Source of the DNA: a virus
Lineage: Duplodnaviria; Caudoviricetes
DNA length: 36,413 nucleotides
Virus record (IMG/VR): IMGVR_UViG_3300032605_000070
Coordinates: 1-36,413 of that record
Strand: one strand, 5' to 3'
Shown piece by piece: positions 28,675 through 36,413 of this stretch. A model generated the notes under the pieces. The model was not told the DNA's origin. It worked only from the letters and a program-made list of their open reading frames with translations, and did not search any database. The translations under genes were made by a program, and so were the position numbers. How positions within the stretch are numbered: position 1 is the first letter of the stretch; each line of letters opens with the position of its first letter.

Positions 28675-29178
28675 TTAAGATTTGCGGGGTCGTCCGCGAC
28701 GGGGTGCTATTCCTTCGCGTACCACTTCAATAGTCTGTTCGAATTTTACGTCAGAATCAGCGGCATTGCGCTTTTCTTCGATAACTTCTACTTCAAGGCC
28801 GGATTTTTGTTTCAAGCCCATTTGCTGCGCGGTATTGGCAAGGTGCTGATCCGCAGCAGCAGCAGTAATTTTTCGAGCCTCAAGCGCACGATCAATCATT
28901 TCCTGATCGCGAACGCTAATTCCAGCTTCGATATTTTCGACAGAAATCGGCTTATCCATTTGATACGCAATGCCACTAAAGCCCTTTTTGACTTTTTTAG
29001 CATCTTGGAAACCATACGGTTCGTGCTGTTTCAGAATGTGATCGATTTCTTCAGGTTGACCTTCAATAACGATTTGCGAACCAGCGCGAATCTTTTGCAT
29101 GAAGGGACGGGGATTCTCTAACAAGCCGTATGTAAACTGGTGGTCTTGTTTAGAGCAGTTGGCAATATAGAGTTTCAT
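28675..29178 (-). CDS. hypothetical protein downstream of the major capsid gene
   Basis: 167 aa, GGGA RBS, basic C-terminus RRGRPRKS (AT-hook-like). Confidence 0.7.
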   Translation of the reverse strand: MKLYIANCSKQDHQFTYGLLENPRPFMQKIRAGSQIVIEGQPEEIDHILKQHEPYGFQDAKKVKKGFSGIAYQMDKPISVENIEAGISVRDQEMIDRALEARKITAAAADQHLANTAQQMGLKQKSGLEVEVIEEKRNAADSDVKFEQTIEVVREGIAPRRGRPRKS

Positions 29179-29196
29179 GGTATTTCCCGATAAGGG

Positions 29197-29272
29197 TGGG
29201 CAGTGATGATGCGGCTTCCTTTTTTAAGGGAAACCCACTGCCCATTGAATCATTCCCCGGCATCACTCGGGG
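29197..29272 (-). ncRNA. candidate structured cis-RNA (two hairpins with loop-bulge kissing interaction)
   Basis: mRNA sense: CCCCG-AGUGAUGC-CGGGG; UGGGCAGUG/CACUGCCCA (9 bp); inner GGUUUCC/GGAAGCC; bulge GCAUCAU complementary to loop GUGAUGC. Confidence 0.5.
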
Positions 29273-29289
29273 TTTGTCAATATACCGTC

Positions 29290-30315
29290 TTAATAGGCAG
29301 CGGACAAAATGTAAAGACCTTCAGGACGGATACCCCAGCCGGAAGTCGAACGCATCGTGTACAGGGTAGTAATACCACCGTCAGGAATTGGCGTAGGAAT
29401 TTCGGTAGGTGCAGATACGTCAGTCAGCATCAAAGTAGTTGCAGTTTGATTTGGGGTCAAAGTTGCAAAAATGTTGGTGTTGATTTGAGCGTTAGCCTTA
29501 GGAATCTTCAATTCAGGAGCAACCAACAAGATAGCGTCAGTGCCACCAGCGCCTTGACCGATGAGAGTGTCGTCAGCTGCAAAGCTAACGTCATCACCAC
29601 CTGCCCATTGAGCGACGGTTTCAACCAAACCAGCTGCGGTTTCAACACCAGCGCCGATACGTTGGAATTGGGTCAATGACACAACGCCGCTGTACGAAAT
29701 TTGGCTGATAAAGCGTTGAGGAGCCAAGAATACCAAGCGCAGCGGTTGACCGATTTGCAATGTACTGACTTTCAACGAACCGATCATGTTCAGCAAATAC
29801 TGAGCAAGCTGGCCCGAATCCCACTTGGAATAACCGACGTTACCATTGGTGTCAGCACCAAGGGTAGCAGTGGTTGCACCAGCAGTATTCAACAAGCCTT
29901 CGCCGTTGGCAGGGTTGTAGCCGTACAGCAGAGCATTACGCAGCTGCTGTGCGATACCTTGACGGGCAGCAAGGCGCATTGCTTGGGGTAAAGCATAACC
30001 CCATGCACCGGTAGCGGCTTCGTCAAAATTATCGTACTGAGCGCGGGTTTGCAAACGGTACGTTGCGGTTGAGATCATCGAAGGAATAACCGATGCGCTT
30101 GGCAATTGGTTAACTTGCGATTGGTTGGCTTGCACTTGAGTGGTCAGCTGGACCTTTTTCGCGTAAACGTAGAGATCAGCTTCGCCAATGCGAGGCATTG
30201 GGTTTTCAGTAGCAAGAGTCGTAAATGCGCCGGAAGCCAAGCTGTATTGCATAATCAGCTCGGGCATCATGTAGTGCGGGTTTACTGTAACAAATGACGG
30301 TGCGAAACCTGACAT
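29290..30315 (-). CDS. major capsid protein
   Basis: 341 aa; RNALLYG...EGLLN motif typical of HK97-fold capsids; AAGGA RBS; follows protease/scaffold and decoration genes. Confidence 0.8.
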   Translation of the reverse strand: MSGFAPSFVTVNPHYMMPELIMQYSLASGAFTTLATENPMPRIGEADLYVYAKKVQLTTQVQANQSQVNQLPSASVIPSMISTATYRLQTRAQYDNFDEAATGAWGYALPQAMRLAARQGIAQQLRNALLYGYNPANGEGLLNTAGATTATLGADTNGNVGYSKWDSGQLAQYLLNMIGSLKVSTLQIGQPLRLVFLAPQRFISQISYSGVVSLTQFQRIGAGVETAAGLVETVAQWAGGDDVSFAADDTLIGQGAGGTDAILLVAPELKIPKANAQINTNIFATLTPNQTATTLMLTDVSAPTEIPTPIPDGGITTLYTMRSTSGWGIRPEGLYILSAAY

Positions 30316-30328
30316 GATAGTTTCCTTA

Positions 30329-30949
30329 TTAGATTAGGCACAAAGCCACTGGTTGATTGTAAACCCAGTTAGCAGTATTGGAGCCGCTGTTATACGACAC
30401 CGTTTTATTGCCACTGGCGCTAACTTTCAGAATCTTCACTGGCAGTGCAGCCTGACCCGATGGTTGGGTCGTGGTCAACACGTTTGTGCTGTAGTTGTAG
30501 TACACCGTTGACGATGACAGGTTGCCATCCAGTGCAACAACGCTTGAATCACAAGCGAGAGGAATACGAGCGCCACTTCCAAAACGGTAGTAGTTAACCG
30601 ACATACCGGGTGAATACAAAGGAGCAGTTGACTGAGGAGTCGTAATGCCACCGTATGCTTGGTTGAATACGCAAATACCCGATGGTACGGCTGAAGTCGT
30701 AGCTTGCAGAATCGTAGAACCGAGGGTATCCGTACCGGGTTGTGCAGCCGCGCCGGGAATAAATTCCTGAATTGGCACACCGCCCCATAGTGGGCTAGTA
30801 GCTGAAGTTGAAAGTACGCCACCAGCCAAAGCAAATTTGACCGCGGGATCGTCTTGTGCATCACCTTGGGTATAACCAGCGCTGTTGGTGTTAAATAGAC
30901 CAGCAGCGTTGGTCGTAGCCATAGGGTTGATCGAGATTAATGCTGACAT
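30329..30949 (-). CDS. head decoration/cement protein
   Basis: 206 aa between scaffold and capsid genes; AAGGA RBS. Confidence 0.6.
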   Translation of the reverse strand: MSALISINPMATTNAAGLFNTNSAGYTQGDAQDDPAVKFALAGGVLSTSATSPLWGGVPIQEFIPGAAAQPGTDTLGSTILQATTSAVPSGICVFNQAYGGITTPQSTAPLYSPGMSVNYYRFGSGARIPLACDSSVVALDGNLSSSTVYYNYSTNVLTTTQPSGQAALPVKILKVSASGNKTVSYNSGSNTANWVYNQPVALCLI

Positions 30950-30960
30950 GATCTATTTCC

Positions 30961-33507
30961 TTATCGCTTGTTGTTGTTCAAATTGAATTCTTTGACGCGC
31001 ATGGAAGGCACTTTAAATGCGTCCATCCAGCCAAAGCCACCCTTGAATTTCGTAATCACACGACCAGCGCGATCACGCTCATGGATTTCAATTTCCTGAT
31101 CTGCTGCATAGGTCAGTGGTGACTTAGCGGCAGCTTGTGCGTCAGCAAAAATCTGCTTCTCAGCAAGCGACAACAATTTTGCATCTTTGATAGCTGCAAG
31201 GTTGATGTCCTTATATGCGTCGGAGTAGGCTTGCAAGCCGCGCAATAGGCGTTTACGGTATGACAACAAACTTTCGCCCTTCAAAGGACGGGAAGCTGAT
31301 TTGCCAAACGATGCCATTACGCTGTCAGCTTTAGCTTGAGCGTCGGCATATTTAGCTTCTTCTTCGTCGGCCTTCATAGCTTCTTCTTCATCATCGCACA
31401 TTGCATCATCATCAGGCTTCATTTCGCCAGCTGGACCATGCTCTTTAGGATCAGAGCCTTCAGCGTCGTCTTTACGCTTTTTGGCATCTTTACGATGTTT
31501 CATGTCGTCGTCTTTACGATCATCTTCATCGTCATCGTCGCACATGGCATCATCGTCGTCGTCTTTGCGTTTTTTGTCCATCTTACGCATCATTTCGCGT
31601 TTAGCTTCAGATTCGGATTCTTCTTCCTCATCATCGTCCTTACGCATACGATCATCATCATCTTTTTTGGCCTTTTTCTTGTCAGCAGCTGTGACCAGTG
31701 GGGGCGCGGGTAAAGTTTTCTCCATTTCGTCAACGCGAGCAATAACATTGCCCAACATTGATAGAATGGCATCGAGTTTATCGCCTTGGGCATCTGCCTT
31801 CGGCGCGGTAGTATTGTCTGACATAGCAGATACCTCAGGGTTAGTTAGTAAAACTCCGGCTGGATCGCCACCTTTGTCCCAAACCCCTTTAGAGCCACGA
31901 GCTTTCGTAACGATTGCTATATGGTCCAAAAGGAAGGGTACACCTTCAATCAGAAGCGGTTCTCCGTTTTCTGTCGTTAGTGTAGTATTTCCGGCAGTAT
32001 TGTCAAATACCACCGATGGTGAAGTGCTAATTTCTCCTTCACAAATCTCGTCAATAGAGCTTTGATCGTAAATCTTAGCAATTCCCCATACTTCATCGCC
32101 CTTGATGTACGGTAGCATCACCGTCCCGACAGCTCGGTCTTTGAATTCTTTAGATGTTAATACGGCTGATTCAGGATGGTCCATAATGACAACCAAACCT
32201 TGACAGCGTTTTAAAAAATCGTCGTTTAAATATAACGATGGATCGCGCCAAACGTGTTCGCCAATGCTTGAACGATAAGCCAATCCGGTCCCGGTAATGC
32301 GGATCGATAGCAGCATCACATTGGCGTACATTTGTGGACTAGGCAATACGCCTTCGCGCATCAACTCCGCCATATCAAATTCTGTTTTTGCCATCGCTAC
32401 ACGAAAGGCCACATCAAGGCCGGGGTGCAATGGCATGGGAGGATTTTTAGGATCGCACCAATCGTAACCACTCGATTCGTAATTCAGTTTGACATCGCCC
32501 TTATTTACGTCGCGAGCGATATATGTGCAGAATTGACCATCATCGTGCAATACTTCGAGCTTGCCTTCGTACTTCAGGCCGGTTTCCTCCTCGCATTCGC
32601 GCCTAGCGCATTCTTCGAGGGTTTCATCATGTTTTTGATGACCACCGGGGACGCACCAAGTACCGGGGAAATCACCGCCACCCATTCCACGACGGATTAA
32701 CAAGGTTTCGCCTTCGGATGTCATAAACATAATCCCGGACGAGCGACCCATTGGACCATCGTGCATAATCGGATCGACAGCAAGCGGAGCAGCTGCTACT
32801 GGATCGGCGGCATCAGGCACACAGTTTGGCACTTGTTTGCCGTCTTTTTCTTTCATACCCAATTGCTTATATCCCTGCCAGCAAGGATCGTCATCAGGTA
32901 TAGCGGACGCGTATTCTAAAATGCTGTCGCAGATTTTGGACAAATCATCTTTCAAATCGTCATCACATTTCCATTTTCTAAGCGCTTTATTGATTCTCGA
33001 ATCAGGATCGTGCGCCGTTTTGGATGACGTTAATTTTGCTTTCATACCCTTCATGCGAGCGCAGAACGATGCCTTGCGTGATCCGCCTTCGGGTTGGGGC
33101 GCTTTTAAATGTGCGCCATGCGTTTTGTTATACGATTCGCGGCCTTTTTCATTTAAGCCGCCATTTTTGTTTTTGCCTTCTTTGGTTTGCCATGCCTCGG
33201 AATCATCCTCAAAGCGCGGAACAGTTTCGCTCTCATCGTCTTTGAGTTCACTTAAATGTTGAAAAATTTCGGCAAGTTCGTTTGACAAACCTTTTAATTC
33301 GTTGCGCTTATCACCAGCGCGAACCATTACGTCGGAATCTTCGTTTTTATTTTTTTCGGTAGGCAAAGCAAGCAATGATGGGGCTTTCATCGTATCTTTA
33401 CTATGCTTAATGAATTTTTTTGCGGCGGCTTTCGGAATGCCGATGTTGCTCTTGCCGGTAGCGGCGGCGTACATGGCTTTGCGTTGTTTTTCCGAAGCGA
33501 ATGGCAT
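30961..33507 (-). CDS. multidomain head maturation protein: N-terminal motifs, Nudix hydrolase, DUF2213-like domain, acidic scaffold
   Basis: Nudix box GHQKHDETLEECARRECEEETGL (32575-32643); VIMDHP, AVGTV, LDHIAIV...G typical of DUF2213-type proteins; D/K-rich tract; lies between MuF and capsid genes. Confidence 0.8.
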   Translation of the reverse strand: MPFASEKQRKAMYAAATGKSNIGIPKAAAKKFIKHSKDTMKAPSLLALPTEKNKNEDSDVMVRAGDKRNELKGLSNELAEIFQHLSELKDDESETVPRFEDDSEAWQTKEGKNKNGGLNEKGRESYNKTHGAHLKAPQPEGGSRKASFCARMKGMKAKLTSSKTAHDPDSRINKALRKWKCDDDLKDDLSKICDSILEYASAIPDDDPCWQGYKQLGMKEKDGKQVPNCVPDAADPVAAAPLAVDPIMHDGPMGRSSGIMFMTSEGETLLIRRGMGGGDFPGTWCVPGGHQKHDETLEECARRECEEETGLKYEGKLEVLHDDGQFCTYIARDVNKGDVKLNYESSGYDWCDPKNPPMPLHPGLDVAFRVAMAKTEFDMAELMREGVLPSPQMYANVMLLSIRITGTGLAYRSSIGEHVWRDPSLYLNDDFLKRCQGLVVIMDHPESAVLTSKEFKDRAVGTVMLPYIKGDEVWGIAKIYDQSSIDEICEGEISTSPSVVFDNTAGNTTLTTENGEPLLIEGVPFLLDHIAIVTKARGSKGVWDKGGDPAGVLLTNPEVSAMSDNTTAPKADAQGDKLDAILSMLGNVIARVDEMEKTLPAPPLVTAADKKKAKKDDDDRMRKDDDEEEESESEAKREMMRKMDKKRKDDDDDAMCDDDDEDDRKDDDMKHRKDAKKRKDDAEGSDPKEHGPAGEMKPDDDAMCDDEEEAMKADEEEAKYADAQAKADSVMASFGKSASRPLKGESLLSYRKRLLRGLQAYSDAYKDINLAAIKDAKLLSLAEKQIFADAQAAAKSPLTYAADQEIEIHERDRAGRVITKFKGGFGWMDAFKVPSMRVKEFNLNNNKR

Positions 33508-33509
33508 AT

Positions 33510-34316
33510 CTATGCGGCCTTAGACATTTTTGCAGATTCTAACGCAATTTTGCCTTTATCTGTCAACAAATCTTTCATGTCGCGCAAGTTGTAAATGTAT
33601 GAGTAATTGCACCGACAAAACACTTCCTCGCCGGGTTGCGTGATTTGATCGGTATATCCGTTTTTGGGATCGAGATAACCGGCCTTGTCCGCCCAGCTGC
33701 CGCGCACGACGTATATTTTTTCGTCGCGCTCTTTATGGTCTTTGCGATAGTCGTAATTGATTTGTCGCCAATGTGAATGCCAGCGACCACCAATCGCGCC
33801 ATTGTCCATAGCTACGATTTCGTTAATGTTAGAGATCAATTTGTGCGTTTGGTCAATAATGACCCGACGCTGTTCAAATGTCACATTGCCAAGTGATTTT
33901 TTGATCTTTTGTTTTTCTTTGACCCGGTTAACAATGTCCGTTCCGCCCGGTGGGATTGATGTGGCCCAGCCTTCAAAACGTCGTAGCAGATTGCTAATTG
34001 ATTCTTGACGATTGTATTTAATCAGATTGGCGCTTGCCATGATGCGTCGATCAAGTTCAGCACGAAGGGTTGGTTTTAGCTTTTCGATGCTGTAGCGTGA
34101 AACGTGCTTATTAACTAAACCGCCTTTTGTTACCAGCCGGGTAAATGCAGCGCCTAGCGATTTTTCCATCGCTATTTGCATTTGATGCTCGGGGATCATT
34201 TGTGCAAGAGCTGCCTCTTTCAACAACCGCACCCAACGCTCGACACGAGTTTGCGAATCAAACCCATATTCAATGAATTCATTTACCGCAGCTGTAAGTA
34301 CTTCGAAAAATGTCAT
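33510..34316 (-). CDS. MuF / SPP1 gp7-like minor head protein
   Basis: IIDQTHKL, W.S.....R.DH..RD, PGEEVFCRC motifs. Confidence 0.85.
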   Translation of the reverse strand: MTFFEVLTAAVNEFIEYGFDSQTRVERWVRLLKEAALAQMIPEHQMQIAMEKSLGAAFTRLVTKGGLVNKHVSRYSIEKLKPTLRAELDRRIMASANLIKYNRQESISNLLRRFEGWATSIPPGGTDIVNRVKEKQKIKKSLGNVTFEQRRVIIDQTHKLISNINEIVAMDNGAIGGRWHSHWRQINYDYRKDHKERDEKIYVVRGSWADKAGYLDPKNGYTDQITQPGEEVFCRCNYSYIYNLRDMKDLLTDKGKIALESAKMSKAA

Positions 34317-34564
34317 GTTGGAAGTGGATCAACAATATTGCCGTTGTCATCATAGCCATTTTCATGGTTAATTTCTTTTCTCTCTGCCTCTGCTTTTTCC
34401 CATTCTTCCTCAGTACCAGCATCAACCAATTCTATAAATGGGGGGCGATTGAATTCGTCAATGAAAATTTCCATTTCATCCTCAGTCAAACCAACAACGT
34501 CAGAGGGAGGGACATTTTCACGATTTCTAATTCTTTTAACTAGCTTTACCAAATTTTCGCTCAT
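34313..34564 (-). CDS. small acidic hypothetical protein
   Basis: AAGGA RBS; 83 aa, E/D-rich; overlaps the upstream gene by 29 nt and MuF by ATGA. Confidence 0.65.
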   Translation of the reverse strand: MSENLVKLVKRIRNRENVPPSDVVGLTEDEMEIFIDEFNRPPFIELVDAGTEEEWEKAEAERKEINHENGYDDNGNIVDPLPT

Positions 34565-36068
34565 ATTCGTCCTTTATGATTGTTCCAACTTTTTTAGCTA
34601 ATTCTCTCGGCGTAGGATTGTTTTTATATTCGGCCCATGCTTCAGCAATAAATTCCTGAATATTTGTTGTTGCATATTTCGATAGCTCTCTTGTCATCAA
34701 ACTACCATTTTTCCTTATATATTCAGCTTTTTCTTCCCTACTCATGTTTTTTGTTTCTTCGGTTTCACGCGAACGAATTTCACGAGCTAGATTATTTATG
34801 TTTGGGTTATTTCTTAAATCCAATAAATAATCTAATTGATGACCGTATTCATGGTCATATATCGATTTTATGGTGTCGCAACCGACCGGATGCCATTTTG
34901 TTTCAACGCTACGTTTAAGGTCTTTTTCCAAAGATTCCAAATCTTTACCGGAATGCTTTTCATTAAAGAAAACACCAGCTAAATCGCCTTGAGATGCCGC
35001 ATAAGCCCAAGTATTACTAGCAATTCGTTCTTTTTTCGTATGTTTTTCAGATAATTGCTGAAGTTGTTCTTCAGTTTTATCAGGATAGAATTTCCTATAA
35101 TACTCTTTGTTTTTAGCAACTTTGATTGCATGATTCATTGCAACCCGTTGTTGAATTGACCCGATAGCCTTTTGCCTACTTCTCAATTCAGGGAATTCTG
35201 TCAAATGATCGGAAAGACTTGAAAGCGCCTCATTGGTAATTTTTACGTTTAATTTTCCGAATATTGCATTGTCAACATAATTGTTTTCTACAGCAAATTT
35301 TTCAGCTTCTTTATTGGTGTGCTGTGGAACGTAAGTATTGAATTTCTTTTGATTTGCGCCTTCGTGACTTTGTTGACCAGTGACACCCTGCAATGAAGCT
35401 GATTGCTTGAGTTGTGCGCTTTCCTTATTTTTCTTTGCCGATTCGGGATTGTGATAAAAACTTAGTGTCAATCCTTTACCTTCATTGTAAAAGTCAGGAT
35501 CAATAGGATGTCCCATTGCACCCGTAAATTCATTATCAATCATCCATTGTTTGATAAATTTTTGTTCTTCTCGTGAAAATTTTGACTCATAACTTGGAAC
35601 GGAAACTCTGACACTCAAGTTTTTTTTGTCAAAAATTACGCTGGCTTTGATTCCCTTATCTTTTAATACATTCTTAAATTGTTCTTTTAAATCTCTTACT
35701 TTGGCTGTGTAAGTGCCTTCAACATGGCCTTCTTTACCAGTTTCCTTGGCTTGATGTGGTGGAGCTGGTGGGTATTGGGGTATTGGAGGACCATGTTTTT
35801 CAACATTCTTAGATTTGGTTTTTACGTCTTTTAAATGTGCGCCGTTCAATTTGCCGCCAGCGCCAGCCATTACCTTACCTTCTCCGTTAATTAAAACGTG
35901 CTGACCATCTCCGTCGCCGCCATTCAGAGTAATCCAGTGTTCACCATCATCATTTTTGACAAATTGATACTGATCCGATTTCACCATAAACCGGAATAAA
36001 TCTAAATGACCGTCGGGAATTTCAATAATGCGCTGAGTATTGACGTTTTTAAATTTCATAACGATCAC
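34536..36068 (-). CDS. putative head-associated protein with C-terminal zincin-like metallopeptidase domain
   Basis: HEYGH (34839-34853), SKYA and EFIAE (34641-34655); N-terminal WITLNG..GQHVLI..G...AGAGG motif; between portal and MuF. Confidence 0.7.
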   Translation of the reverse strand: MIVMKFKNVNTQRIIEIPDGHLDLFRFMVKSDQYQFVKNDDGEHWITLNGGDGDGQHVLINGEGKVMAGAGGKLNGAHLKDVKTKSKNVEKHGPPIPQYPPAPPHQAKETGKEGHVEGTYTAKVRDLKEQFKNVLKDKGIKASVIFDKKNLSVRVSVPSYESKFSREEQKFIKQWMIDNEFTGAMGHPIDPDFYNEGKGLTLSFYHNPESAKKNKESAQLKQSASLQGVTGQQSHEGANQKKFNTYVPQHTNKEAEKFAVENNYVDNAIFGKLNVKITNEALSSLSDHLTEFPELRSRQKAIGSIQQRVAMNHAIKVAKNKEYYRKFYPDKTEEQLQQLSEKHTKKERIASNTWAYAASQGDLAGVFFNEKHSGKDLESLEKDLKRSVETKWHPVGCDTIKSIYDHEYGHQLDYLLDLRNNPNINNLAREIRSRETEETKNMSREEKAEYIRKNGSLMTRELSKYATTNIQEFIAEAWAEYKNNPTPRELAKKVGTIIKDEYERKFGKAS

Positions 36069-36412
36069 GCAAGTTTAGGCAAGTCCGTCAATTCAGTTTC
36101 GGGTATTTCGTATTCAGCAATGTCCTCGCAATCCATTTCCAATGAGCTTTGAAACATATTCTCCATCTCGTTTAGATTGTCCTGCGCCCATTGAATTAAT
36201 CGCCCTCGGTTTTGTGGATCGATTACTGGCAGCATGGTCCTAAGTATTTCGGTCACGCCTTTGAGCTTAATTTCATCGACCTTGACCTTTTCGGATTCCG
36301 GTTCTTCCATGAGAGAAGGCCATTCAGCGCGGAAATGCTTTTGCCAATCGTAGAATGCCTGTTCGTAGGTTTTCTTGCCGTAAACCTCGGGATATTCGTT
36401 TTGTACCGCCTC
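36065..36412 (-). CDS. portal protein, C-terminal fragment (DUF1073-like; runs off the window)
   Basis: Frame is open from the window edge (EAVQNEYPEVYGKKTYEQAFYDWQKHFRAEWPSLMEEPESEK...); position upstream of MuF. Confidence 0.65.
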   Translation of the reverse strand, partial: EAVQNEYPEVYGKKTYEQAFYDWQKHFRAEWPSLMEEPESEKVKVDEIKLKGVTEILRTMLPVIDPQNRGRLIQWAQDNLNEMENMFQSSLEMDCEDIAEYEIPETELTDLPKLA

Positions 36413-36413
36413 G

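Noticed and set aside
29197-29245. Hammerhead ribozyme (gtgatga...gaaa, plus strand) or intrinsic terminator
   Set aside because: Core is GUGAUGA, not CUGANGA, with no clean stem II; no U-tract follows the stems on the transcribed strand
29250-29280. Minus-strand TTGACA as a sigma70 -35 box
   Set aside because: No acceptable -10 hexamer 16-18 nt downstream (GGGAAT at 17 nt)
29203-29679. 158-aa plus-strand ORF across the capsid 3' end and intergenic element
   Set aside because: Antisense to the capsid gene with no recognisable motif; probably incidental
31336-32065. Plus-strand Ser-rich and Phe/Ile-rich ORFs
   Set aside because: Antisense shadows of the Asp/Lys-rich scaffold tract
1-36413. 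Stop-codon reassignment, tRNA genes, introns or inteins, integrase or transposase
   Set aside because: Genes tile densely under the standard code with TAA, TGA and TAG all used as stops; no gap or motif supporting these elements was seen by eye

Overview
Late (virion) region of a tailed dsDNA phage with a contractile tail (myovirus morphotype). Nearly all genes are on the minus strand and many are coupled by overlapping stop/start codons. Transcribed right to left: portal C-terminus; an AT-richer two-gene insert (510-aa HExxH zincin-like protein plus a small acidic protein); MuF/SPP1-gp7-like minor head protein; an 848-aa multi-module protein (short motifs, Nudix hydrolase, DUF2213-like maturation domain, acidic scaffold); head decoration protein; major capsid protein; a 110-nt structured intergenic element; neck genes; sheath; tube; chaperone with a candidate -1 frameshift; tape measure; baseplate; a ~13.7 kb receptor-binding region (three fibres, two glycine-rich proteins, a 2OG-Fe(II) oxygenase, a beta-helix protein); and a lysis cassette (three membrane proteins plus a GH19 endolysin). 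Two small plus-strand genes converge at the left end. Strongest candidates for something undescribed: (1) a capsid-cargo system of enzymes in head-module polyproteins punctuated by Asp motifs; (2) a kissing-loop RNA downstream of the capsid gene; (3) paired fibre/polyglycine adhesin modules with a coupled oxygenase; (4) a T4-T-like holin candidate beside a 3-TM holin. All family assignments come from motif recognition and gene order, not database searches. The host is not determinable; a Gram-negative host is only a guess.
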